DNA from: Camelus ferus | Taxonomy: Eukaryota | Direction of reading: 5' to 3' | Assembly (NCBI RefSeq): GCF_009834535.1 | Contig: NC_045718.1 | Span: 18,042,001 to 18,106,000, forward strand | DNA: 64,000 bases | Shown here: one piece after another, positions 1-12,133 of the stretch | How positions within the stretch are numbered: the stretch's first letter is position 1 | Layout: each line of letters opens with the position of its first letter | The notes under the pieces: model-generated | What the model was told of the DNA's origin: nothing | The model's database searches: none | The model's input: only the letters and a program-made list of their open reading frames with translations | Program-made: the position numbers and the translations under genes

Positions 1-1289
1 ATCCTTGCTGGCTGTCTGAGCTGATAGTACATTCACAACCTAATTGTTATCTCAGCAGAGTAACTCCATTATTCATCCTGACACCATATCCCGTTAGCTG
101 TTTGTTGCAGTGATGTTATATTAATGAGGCCTGCAAATAAATGAACGAGAGATCAGAGGGCCGACTTGTTTCTCAGGAAAGCTGACTGACTTATTTATTT
201 ATTTGTTGGGAACTTTGCAGCCAGTTGCTCTGGCCCTGGGCAGAAGGCTCTTGGCCTTTCCTGCCGAGATGCGGTGCAGCCTTCTAGATAAAGACTTGTA
301 GGTGTCCAGTTCCCCCAGACAGTTTCACAAATGCACTTGCATCTGAGAGAATCCAGCAAAAGAATCTCCCTGAAAATATCTGGGCAAGCAGAGAGCAGGA
401 GGAAGCGAGAACAATGGACCATCTCAAACCATTATCCCATCAACAATTACTTATGCTTGGTTTTGGAAGGCAGCGTTGACAGTTTCCTACAATGGGTTTT
501 CTTTCCCTATTACATGGACCTAAGATAATGTTAAACAGACTCCACGTTCCCTAACTGTGGACTAGTGAGGTGTGGGAGGAGTTACTGAAGTTCACAAACT
601 TATACAGTCAAAGCTATGAGGTGGGTAAGGGAGAGACCTACCGGCAGCAGTGTGGCCTTACTGGGTGATGCGGCAGGTGATTTCAGAAACACACAGGAAC
701 ATTCCTTGGTACCCAAATGGTGTAGGTTCCTGGTCACTCCCTGAGACCCCAATACCAGGGATTTGTCCCTTGCATCCCAAGCTTCCTTTGCCTTTACTTC
801 ACCCTGATCTCTGTTCTCACGTGGGCTTTATCCTCTGGGCTCTCCCATCAGGCTGGAATGTTCGAGAAGTCAGAGCCATCAGAGCAACCTTCACTGTAAC
901 CACCATCCCATTGATAGACACAATCAGAAACTGACCAAACCGAGTCGGAGAGCTTTACAAAGCACACAATTAAAGTAACAGCTCCTCTGCACATGCAAGA
1001 GGTGATCGCCTCAAGCTTAAAAGTGCCCCCAAGTGCTTTTCCCTTTTGCTCCCTTACTCATAGGAATAAGTGTGGAACTAAGTATCTTTAGGAAGACAGG
1101 TGAAGGCTTAAAAGGGTAGCTAATGTTCCCAGTTTGTCTGGCATCTCCTGAGACCTTCCAAGAGGAGTCAGGTCCTGGGCACAGGTGTTTTTAGGATGGG
1201 GTGAGGTGGGAAAATGCATAGCCAGGGAAAACTTCTCCACCCCTCTGAGCAATAGAGGTCGCGTGGAGTGGTGGAGCAGATCAGCATTC

Positions 1290-1440
1290 TGCAGTCAGAA
1301 GGCCCTAGTCTTGAATTTGTTCTGACACTAACCAGATGTGCAACTTTGGGCAAATTATTTACTCCCCTAAGCACTGTTCCCCCAGCTCTTAAATGGAGAT
1401 GATTCTAGCCATCTCGCAGGGTGGTAAGGAGGAGTAGGTG
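1290..1440 (+). mobile_element. MIR SINE fragment
   Basis: ttgggcaaattatttact..taaatggagatgat..tctcgcagggtgg..aggag core. Confidence 0.6.
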
Positions 1441-1894
1441 GGCGAATCACTTGGTTCTGGACATAGTAGTGTCTTGTTAAAGAAAAGTTATTATGATTAA
1501 GGCTCCCAGAACTAGAATGTGCCTCATCTTATTCATGTCCTTGGCCTGAGGTTGGTGTCCTCGTTAGGAGTGGAGACCTAGGTTCCTTTTGCAGTTCTCT
1601 TTCCAAATAGAAGCCAACTGCAAAGGATGTAGAGTAGAAATCTCTGTCTGAGGCCCTTTGGAAGGAGCAGGGCAGTCGGCAGGGCAAGCAGCTTCCAGCC
1701 TCCTCCAGGTGGCCCATGTTCAGGGATAGGCTGGCTGCATCCCACTGCCTCCACCCCAGGACTAATTTATCCATGTGCGAACTGCCAGTCCTAGCACAGT
1801 GCCTGGCATATGGCAGCCACTCATTAAATGAACAATTAATGGGTGAATTAATTCCTTAGAACTGTGGCGTGTCCTCCTTTTGTTCAGAATGTTC

Positions 1895-2324
1895 TGTTGT
1901 GGGTTGAATTTTATCTCCCACAAATTCATATGTTGACTTCCTATTTGCAGAGAAGGTCTTTATAGCAGTAATCGTGTTAAAATGAGGCCGTTGGTGTGGG
2001 CCTTAATTGAATGTGACTGGGATCCTTATTTAAAAAAAAAAATTGGTGACAGACACGCACGCAGGGAGAACACCGTGTGGACACAAGGCAGAGGTTGGGC
2101 TGTCACTTCTACAAGTCAGCGAACGCCAAAGATTGCTGCAAACTACCCGAAGCCAAGAGAAAGGCGTGGAACAGATGCTTCTCCTCAGCCCTCAGAAGGA
2201 GTTAACCCTACTGATGCCTGAATGTCAGACTTCTGGCCTCCAAAGCAGTAAGAAAGCAGACTGCTGTTCTTTAACCCCTCCAGTTTGTGATGCTTTGTAA
2301 CTGCAGCCCCAGTGGACCGATACA
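1895..2324 (+). mobile_element. MaLR solo LTR (MLT1B/C-like)
   Basis: Begins tgttgtgggttgaat. Contains gtgactgg..ccttat, cctcagccctcagaagga, gacttctggcctcc and the ccagtttgtg..tttgtaactgcagccc..gataca end typical of MLT1. Confidence 0.8.
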
Positions 2325-3334
2325 CACCCACTGTGAGTGGAGACCTCTGTCCCATGAGTTCCAAAGCCCCTTGGCCCTTCCTAAATTTCTCTTCTCAAGA
2401 ATGTGTCTGATCTCTTTTCCTCTCCTGCTGCAGGCTATCCACTCACGGTTTCTTGGGAAATGTTGTCTCTGGGCTTTCCTTCCTTTCTACGGGATGGTCC
2501 TGATCTCCTTCTCTGTGACGTCCCAGTAGGTCCTGAAGCACATGCTGGGAAGAACAGACACGTGGCGGGCTCGGCGCCTCACGGGCTTTCCAAACCTCTG
2601 CACGTCTCCTGTTTGGGGGGCTGAACAGGTGACACGGGCACAGACGCCCGGGATGACTGGCTGGAATGGGAGCAGCCTGGGCTGCCTCCCACGGGGGACA
2701 GCGTCATTATCACACCAAGGACTGGCTGAGAAGAAGCAGACGGTGAGTCCTGAGGGGGTCCTAACCTGAAGTTGATGCAAACTGGGAAATTCAATCGGCT
2801 GTTAAGGCTTGTCCTACATGGAGCTGCCATAAAAGATGGGTCTCCAGGGGAGGGCTTGGTTGCCATGGAGACAGTGGGTAAGGAGGGGTTCAGGGAAGAA
2901 CACAGCTGTTCATTCAACTAAGCTTGAGCTCACTCCTTTTCCTAAAGTAGGAAAAGGCTCCTTCGTGGTCAGCTCATCGAATTTCCCTGCCCCTGGGCAG
3001 GACAGCACCAGTCTGGTCCCCGCTTGTTTCCAGCACTGGAAATGCTGCCGCTCCCGGCAGCCATCTGGGGCCCTCAGAGAATCCCTCTCTTTTCTCCCTC
3101 AGGAAAAATCTTAGTAGTAAATGGCTTCTGTTTGCATGTGGGGTTGTGCTGAGGGGCTACACATTTTGAAGATAGGGAAGGGCCAGAGACAAGAGGGAGG
3201 TACGTATAAAAGGGCACGGGGCTCATAGAATTCCGATTATTAAGAAAAAGATCTATGCCAACACCAAGGAATTAGCCAAGAAAGCTGAGGTAAAGAAAAT
3301 GGGTTAATTCTTCTTAAAAGTTACCTTTAACAAA

Positions 3335-3900
3335 TTATACATTTTTGGTAATAAATGCCATAGAAGTGAGGCTGTTTCCTCAGGGCATCTTACAGAGAGG
3401 TGTCTAAAGTTGATTCTTTCCATTACTGGTGATGTTAACTTGGTTAAGGTTCTGTCTACCAGGTTCCCTCACTGTAAAGGGTTTATGAAAGTTCTTTGTA
3501 CTATTTGTCTTGTTGTATAATCCATATCTTACGGGGAGATAGCTTGAGACTATGTAAATATCCTATTTCTCATTATACTTTATTCACTAATTTAAGTGAA
3601 TTCCTGCCTGAAATAATTAGTACTGTGAATTTGGCCAAATGGTGATTTTCTTATTTCCCTAAGTCCTTCTACATTTATGAGTTGGAATTCCAGTATAAAG
3701 AACTTCCTCTCTCTCACATTAATTATTTGTTTGTCTATTTATTTATACCTAATAAGGGTCATAGATTCTTATTTTATTCTCTTGCATATAGTCCATTAGT
3801 ATAATTATGTATTTTCTTGCTCACATTGTCCCAGATTTGGCCACTAGGGCCAAATCAAGTTGGCTCCTGTGCCCTTTTAAAAGCCCATTTGGCTTTTAGT
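3335..3900 (-). mobile_element. Ancient L1 (L1MC/L1ME-like) 3' region fragment, inverted
   Basis: Reverse complement resembles the L1MC/ME segment actttacagtg..cttaaccaag..ttaacatcaccagtaatgg..cacttctatggcat (recalled consensus). Confidence 0.55.
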
Positions 3901-4308
3901 GTTCTTTGCCCAAAATATATAACCTGAATTTAATCATGAGGAAATATCAGACAAATCCAAATTGAGGGACATTCTGCAAAATATGGTCCTATGCTCTTCA
4001 CCAGTGTCAAGGTCATGAAAGATGAAGACTGAGGATTATAGCTCAGAGGACCCCTGACGGTGGACTGTCACACGTGATTGTGGACTGGATCCTGGACCAG
4101 AAATCCTGGCAAATGTGACTAGGACATGTGTATTAGATGGCTTTATTCTATCATTGTTAATTTCCTGATTTTGATAATTGTACTGTGGTTATGTAAGATG
4201 TTAATTTGGGAGAATCTGGGTGAAGGGTATAAAAAAGTTCTTTGTACTATTTTCGCACCGTTTTAAAAGTCTGAAATTATTTCAAACGTGAAAAGTTAAA
4301 AAAAAATT
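3901..4308 (+). mobile_element. Ancient L1 (L1MC/L1ME-like) 3' end
   Basis: ataacctgaatttaatcatgaggaaatatcagacaaatccaaattgagggacattct ... ttaatttcctgattttgataattgtactgtggttatg ... gtctgaaattatttcaaa and an A-rich end. Confidence 0.75.
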
Positions 4309-5324
4309 CAGTATGACTTTTACAGGGAGCAGAGGATAGGCTGGGGGTGGGAGATGCAGAATGAAAGCGAATAAAACATTCCAGCCCTGGCTCCTCCCTC
4401 CACATGTCCTGTCCAGAATGCTGTCCCGAGTGTGGCTGGAGACCCAGCGTGGGTTTGTCTCTCCCCCAAGGTGCTCTTCCTTCCTCCATAGCCTCTACTT
4501 GAAAAACCCCAACAGGAGACCCCACTGCTCAGGGCCTCCGACTCCTGCTGCTACATTCCCTGGGAAAATCAATTACAGTCTAATTACCTCAGGGGGTTAA
4601 TTAGCATCGTGTGCCTGGGTGTCCTCTGTGAACAGAACAGCCTGTCAGTCCCCAGTCAGCGAGCAGGGCCGGCTGAGGCAGAGCAGGGAAGCCTGCCCCT
4701 GGGCTGGGCTGGGGGCCTCCTGCCAGTCTGGGACTGGATGGGGCTGGGGCAGCAGCCAGGGCTGGGGGAGCTGAGGGGAGCTGACGGAAATCATTCCCTG
4801 CCTAATTTAGGCTCCCCTAAACCACAGGTGCAGAGGACAGAGAGGTGGACAACTGCGGCAGCAAGAAGAATTACAGAACAGAGCAAGTTCTCAGGCCAGT
4901 TGTTGCTGGAAATTACTAGAATCAGGGAGAAGGCATGGAGCTCTGAGCAGCTCGGGGAGCTAGCTGTCTGAGGGCAGAGGCTGGGGCACCACCAGCAGTC
5001 CTGGCAAACACTTTCCCTGTGAGACAGACACAGGAGAGAGTCAGTCGGTACCATCGCTAGCCATGGCCGAGAGAAAAATGGGATGGAGGAAGCCCAGTCT
5101 TTGAGGTGCAGTGTCTGCACCCTCCTAACATCTTCCCACCTGGGTGGCGGGAAACTCTCCTATAGCGCCGCGCTGTCCCTGGGAGATGCTGTCCTGTGGA
5201 TGGAGGCATGTATCTGGTCCGCATCCTCTAGAAGGTCCGATGTCAAGGAAAGAAAAGCACCACTTCTTGTTTTATGTCACTTGGGCAAATCATAGAGACT
5301 TTAAAAATGGTTTTATGATTAAAT

Positions 5325-5470
5325 AAACCTGAGCTGAAATACCAACTCTGCCACTTAATAGCTGTGTGAATTTGGAGCCTCGTTCTCTTCCTCTGTAAAA
5401 CGGAGGTAAGAATATTTACTTCTTGTGGTGGTTGCGAGGATTAAATGAGACTGTGCCCAGCACACTAAAC
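5325..5470 (+). mobile_element. MIR SINE fragment
   Basis: ctctgccacttaatagctgtgtga..ttcctctgtaaaacggagg..ggttgcgaggattaaatgaga. Confidence 0.7.
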
Positions 5471-6515
5471 AAAGATCTGCTCCCTTGTCAAACAGCCCGA
5501 GTTATTGGAGGCTAACAACGCTCGTTCAGTCGCGAGACTTTTCCCTTTTTACTGAGCTGAAGCTTCAAGAACGATCATAGGGATGTCCTGCAAGTTTCCC
5601 AACCCTCGGTAACAGAGGTGAGGGTTGGGTGAGCTTTCTCTGGCCAGCAGGGAAAATGAGGTTGGGAAAGGGACACCGCAGCAGCTCAGAGAAGAGGCAG
5701 AGAAGGAGCAGTCCTTCTTGCTTCCTTAAACGTGCAGATCACAGTGGTACCTGCCCTGGCCCCTATTTCTAGTCACCGAAAGGAATGTGCAATTAATTTC
5801 AACACACAAGCGACGGTCGTTCGGTGAATAGGGAGCAGTGAAGAGTGATGAGTGCATAATGCGACCGAAGTTAAATACAACTATTCCTGTCCCCAGCCAT
5901 TCAAATCCCAAGCAGCTGCAAGTTCATTCACATCATCTATTCATCTTCCTTTGCAATTTACTATTCAGGAAACATCATTTTTTCCAGGATAATTAATTAC
6001 CTATTTCTTTCCATTAAAATGCACAAACAAATTGGGACAGAGAGTGAACCTGGGGAAATGGCACGGTGGCTAATGGAGTGCCTGCCTTCACTCTCCCCTT
6101 CCGCTTTCAACTTTGCAACTCTGAGCTAATTGCAGCTCCTGACATCATGTTTCTGTGAGAAAAGCTAAACCTGTTTTCTGAAATGTTCACCCACCATGCC
6201 GCCAATTTCTTGTCCACACCTGCCTCAGCCAGCCTGGCAGGGAGGCTGGGCTGGTTCTGCCTCTCTCGTGTGCCCGTGCACACAGATGTGCTCACGCCTT
6301 TGTGCGCGAGCAGGAGGATACACTTCCATACGTTTGTCACTTACGCCTGGACACAGGCCATTGAGAAACCCATGGGAGGCTTTATACATCCCCACGTTAA
6401 ACTCACTCTATGCCAAGAATTCTTCCACAAACATTCAACTTTTACACTCCTCTCCCGCTGCCCTGGGGTCAGCTCCTGGCTCTCCCGTCCCACTCTGGGA
6501 ACTTGGGGGACTCAC

Positions 6516-6708
6516 CTCGGTGATTTGGGGGATTGGAGCACTTAACGTTGTGGCTGGACCAGTCGAGCCAGGGGCTGGAGGGGCTGGTACAGTGCTGCTG
6601 GAGGGTGCACCTGCGCTCACCGCTGCACCAGCCACACTCAAACTTCCGGTCGGCCTTGAGGCAGAGGCCACAGCTCTCCCGCTGGGCCTGCACACTTGTA
6701 CAGATGAA
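6516..6708 (-). CDS. PLXNA2: PLXNA2 exon ~12, PSI3: [63 protein letters not shown]; 193 nt with two apparent +1 frameshifts
   Basis: Acceptor ttctcattgcag|TT, donor GAG|gtgag. The expected peptide is split over three frames (VHLYKCA in ORF 6638..6823, AQRESC..SNP in 6469..6714, PQITE in 6435..6695). Confidence 0.93.
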
Positions 6709-6949
6709 CTGCAATGAGAAGGGTGGGGGGAGCAGTCACAGCTGGGATTGCAGAGAACGTCTCACAATTTACCCTCTTCTTGCAGGCGTGATGGAAACCG
6801 CCCCCAACCACGGATAACACCAATGATCATCATTATCATTGCAAGAATAATTGATGGGGAATTAATAATAAATTGAGCCTCTCAGCAGTCTTTTAAAGGC
6901 TGCTACAGAAAATACTATTATTTAAGAGTTCTGGCTCCATATTCATTGG

Positions 6950-7137
6950 ATCAGGGCTTTAATTGTGGCGTCACCACTTGCTAGCAACGTGACAAAGAAT
7001 TTAACTTCTTTGAACCTTCTGTACCTCATCTATAACCTGGTGATAATCATCGTTTTTGGTGACGTTTGAATGCGATGTATATTCAGTGCTTAGCACAGTG
7101 CCTGTAACATATCGCATATTTGATACACACTTATTAT
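6950..7137 (+). mobile_element. MIR SINE
   Basis: ccacttgctagc..gtgac..tttaacttctttgaacct..cctcatctataa..gtgcttagcacagtgcctg. Confidence 0.65.
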
Positions 7138-8440
7138 CGTTTCCTTCGAACTCAAACTACATTCTTATCCTGCTGCTTCTCTTCCTCTCACATGTGGCCC
7201 TCGTCGGAAGAGGTAAGGGTTGACTGTCCCATTTGAAGCACAAATGAAGCTCAAAGAGCGACATAATGACTCTTGGGATTTACTGAGGTTAGTGTCCCAA
7301 GCTGGGATGCTGCAATTCCGACTCGCTGTGATGCCACAGTGCAGGTCCTGAGAGGAGAGAGGCATCTCGCCTGGCACACTGGGGACTGGGTGAGGCTGGG
7401 AGAGGAGTCAGCTGGGGCTTCAAGGAAGACTAGGTGCCTGGCAGAGTGGAGGAAAGAGGGTTGACGGAGTCCTGTTCACGGCTCTGTAGGTGGAAAGGAT
7501 GTCCCCAGAGAGGACAAACTGGCTCCTTAACAGGCCGCTTTTGGAGCCTGCAAACGCTTTGCTGTTGTCTCTTACTGATGTGGAAGCCCTAGACAGGCCG
7601 GCCAGCCAGCAGAACTGCGTTTTGTGAGCTTGAGGTTTATTTGTTGTCTACTGGTGTTCTGAATTCAGAGTCCCAGTGGAATTCTCCAGATGCAGAAAAC
7701 TCGGAAAGCCATTTTTCAACTCTTCTGGTCAAGCAGACATAAGCTCTCAGGCCTGGGCGGCCTGCCTCTGGGGTCAGGGGCATACCCCAGGGGAGGGGTA
7801 ATTTTTAATTCTTCCATGGGTCCTCATCCTGTTCCTCTGCTCTGCCACGCAGGGACTGTATTTAAACATCCTCATGCCTATGGCTTCTTATGGCAGAGGG
7901 CAGGAAATGGGAATCTTAAAATGAGTAAGTCCACGTTGTGCATTTATTAATATCCACAAATGGTCCACATCTAACTTCTCGTTTGACCCTCTTGATGCCC
8001 CTGAGAGGTGCGCATCCTTCCCCCCACTTCTCAGATTGGGAAGCTGGGATGTAGAGAGTAGTCACCGTGATTCGTCTGAGTTCTCACGGCCATCAGTGAA
8101 AGAGCCCGGATTTGGACCCTGGTATGTTGGGTTCTAGAATCCGAGTCCTTAAGCTCTGTGGCCTTCTCTCTATATCACACAGTGCACAGCCTCCAGGAAC
8201 AGCTGGGCTCTGGGACGGTGGCGCATGTGAGGATGCTGCCGCCTGTGTGCTCAGGAGCTGCTTAAAAGTTGTCGGGCACCACAAGAGAGGGTTCTGACGT
8301 GACAGCTTGGATGTGGCCGTTTTTCCTCCAGGCTCCAGATGCAAAGGCCACCTCTGGGAACTAAGCCCAGATCCTCAGCAGGGGAAATGTCTCTCTCTTA
8401 GTGCTGAGAATATCTGGCCTGGGTAGGAGGGGAAGTAGAA

Positions 8441-8475
8441 AAACCAAACCAAACCAAACCAAATCATACCAAACC
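8441..8475. repeat. (AAACC)n pentanucleotide repeat
   Basis: Four perfect units, then aaatc atacc aaacc. Confidence 0.9.
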
Positions 8476-8837
8476 TCTCCTAGCCTAAGCAGAATCGATT
8501 TTCACGGCAGCATCGGGGACAGGCAAAGTGACATCGGGGATAGGTGCTGAAACACTTGCAGGTCCTACTGTGGCCTTGGTCCCTCTCTCTGCGCCCATGG
8601 GGTGACCCTTAGGCTGAGGCTGAATCTTGTGACAACCCTAGCTACTTGGAATGTGGTGAGATGTGGCTTATGGTGAGGGGGGTGGGGTCGGTGGGGAATA
8701 GGGTTCTGGGGGAGGAAGTTTCACATCCCACAGTGGTCTGAGCCTCTGGGAGAGACAGTGATGTGCTTAAGCACATGAACTCTAAATTAGACTGTCTTGG
8801 TTCAAATCCTGGCTCTTACTATCTGACTCTGGGTCTG

Positions 8838-9251
8838 TTTCTTTCTTTTTTTTTTTTTAAGTTTCACTGAGATAAAATTGACAAAAAAATATACAATGTT
8901 TAAAGTGTATACCGTGATGATTTGCTATACATACAAAGAGTGAAGGATTCCTCCCATTTAGTTAATAAACACATCCATCACCATACACACACATGTACAT
9001 TAAGAACATGTAGGTTCTACTCTCTTAGCAAATGTCTATTATACAACACAGCGTTATCAACTATAGCCACCACGTTAGACATTAGATCCTCAGACTTAAT
9101 CCATCTCATAGCTGAAAGTCTGTACCCATAACAGCCTCTCCCTATTCCCCCTACCCACCAGCCCCTGGCAGCCTCTTTTCCACTATTTCTGTGAGTTGGA
9201 CTTCTTTTTCTCAGATTCCACATATAAGTGATACTATGCGGTCTTTGTCTT
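8838..9251 (-). mobile_element. L1 3' end (L1MA9/L1_Art-like), 5'-truncated
   Basis: Poly(T) at 8838-8858, then the antisense L1 3'UTR: tttaaagtgtatac..gatgatttg, ttagcaaat, tagatcctcagactt, tcagattccacatataagtga. Confidence 0.8.
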
Positions 9252-9999
9252 AAAAATGTGGAATGCTTCGTGAATTTGCCTGTCATCCTTGAGCAAGGGT
9301 CATGCTGATCCTGTGCTTTGTTCCAATTTTAGTGTGTATTTTGCCGAAGTGTGCACTCTTGGTCCAGCTCTTAACTTCTTTGGGTCTCAGTTTCCTTATC
9401 TACAAAATGAGGATAAGACTAGTACCTGCCTCTCAGAGTTGTGATGGTCAGGGAGATAATCTCAAATTAGTCACTTGGTGGGTGCCTAGCCAGAGTGAGG
9501 GGTCATCAGACCGGAGTCCCTTTTGTCATTCCCAAGAGCTAGGAGGAATGCAGGACCAAGGCAGCTTGCCTGGCACCCAGGAGGACTTCCACATGAATTT
9601 GCAGGAATGAATGAGGGGGTTTCAGGAACGCCCCTCCTGCATCAGCCCAGCTCCTCCCTGAGCTTCCTTGAAGCAGCTGTTCTCTCGAGTCGGCATGCTG
9701 GACGCTTCCGCCCACCTCAGGACCAGGGGAGCAGCCTTACAAACCTCCTTTGTGTGGTGACCGGGGCCAAGGACAGGGAACCAGAACCTGATTGGAAACA
9801 ATGTCTCCATTTCCAGGGAAACTGGCAGGACGTTCCTGCCTGCTGCTCTCCTGGTCAGGTTCCACAGACACTTCAAAGTCTCCGGGAGCCAAAGGAAAAT
9901 GTGATGAGGATGAGGCCGGCAGCCGCCAGGCGGATGCTCTGGTTGTAATAAAACAGGGTTCCCAACAGGGCGCCTTTGATGGCGCCAAATGTTGCTTTA

Positions 10000-10272
<273 letters not shown>

Positions 10273-11692
10273 TTAATCACGGGTGTCAGGGCTGCAGCTG
10301 GCACCTCAGGCGACTAGGAAAGAAACCAGGGACTCTGATTCCTCCCTGGCTGAGAGAGAAGAAGAGGGAGAAACAGAAACCACAGACATCCATCCAATTA
10401 TCCCAACAGTGCCATCCCCCTGACTCCCAGTCACTAATGCCAACAGGATCCATCTCAAACTCCTTAGTTGGCAAGGAATGCCTCCTAAATCCAATCCAAG
10501 CTTAAATCTCCGATCTTCTCTTCCAGTGCTCACCTCCAGAAATCTGTGAAGCCACCTGTCTCCGAGCAAACTTGCCTAAGCTCCTCTCTGTGTGCCTGTT
10601 CAGTACACATTTCAGAACGAATGCCTCCCTCTCCCGACAGCCTCCATCCTCCAACCCACCTTCACTCTTCTAGTCTAACGCGGGGCACTTCCTGGGAGCT
10701 GCTTCGCATCCTTTCACACGCACGCCTCGTCGCTCTAGGAAGTTCACGTCCTGCTCTGTAAACCCCACAGAGCCCTGAGCACAGCATGTGCCTGACAAGC
10801 AGTGGTGTCTTGCTTAGTTGGCCCTGTGGTGGCCCTTTCTTCCTGCACGTGTGTTTCACTTGGTCAAGAGTCCACTAGGGAAAGTGCCCAGAACTTTCTG
10901 GGCGGAGATCTGATCCGCCGTACCATTTAAGGCCCCAAGCTGTGGCCAGGAGTGGACTCTCTCCCATGCTGATCCCACCGAGGACTCTTAAGCCCTCAGA
11001 TACTCAGAGGCCCCAGCCCCTGCGCCTTCGTGAAGGAGACCCCTGGGAATCCCCTCCGTGGGGACTGCCCAGCCGGCCACGTAGCTGCAGGGCCTGTCAC
11101 TGTCAGCCCTCCTGCCCCCAGCCCTTCCTGCCTGCCTTCCTCCCTTTGTTGTGCTCCATTGCTTTCTCATCCCACCTTCCCCGGGTGCTTGGCGGCCTTC
11201 CACCGATTACAAATTCTATCAAGCGCCCGTGAACTGGGAATCTGACAGCTCCCTGATAAGGGGCCCAGATCCTCTTTATCTCTCCCAGGCGAATTACCTT
11301 CCCTCTGCACCTTTGTCACATCACCCCCGGCCCCCATCTCCCAGCTGACCCCCCACAGTCGGAGACAGGGAGTTGGCAGATGAAAAGATCTTCTCCGGGC
11401 TAGCATTATAATTAAACGCCTCGCACTCTCTGTCTGGCACTCGGGATTGGTTTAACCCTTGCTGCTCCTGAAGTTCATCACTCCCTCCTCCTCCCTCCCC
11501 ACCTCCCTGGTGCCGTTGTCCTTCTGCTGGCCTCCCTCTCCTGCAGCTTTCCCCCCGTGTGGCGCCCACCCGCTGGTGTATCTACTCCCTAAATGGGGCA
11601 GGGTTTGCGGCTGAGTTGACTGGTGTTGGCCGGAGTTTCACCAAAAAGGCCAAGAGGCGCTCTTTCAACGTAGGAAGGGCAGGAAGCTCTCA

Positions 11693-12133
<441 letters not shown>

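Noticed and set aside
1-6515. Search for exon 13 (ILTVSGPPEGG..)
   Set aside because: Not found; it should lie further along the gene, beyond position 1.
6687-6689. New CAG|G acceptor created by the extra base, as a possible frame rescue
   Set aside because: Using it removes 21 nt, leaving the same shifted frame and the same TGA at 6638-6640.
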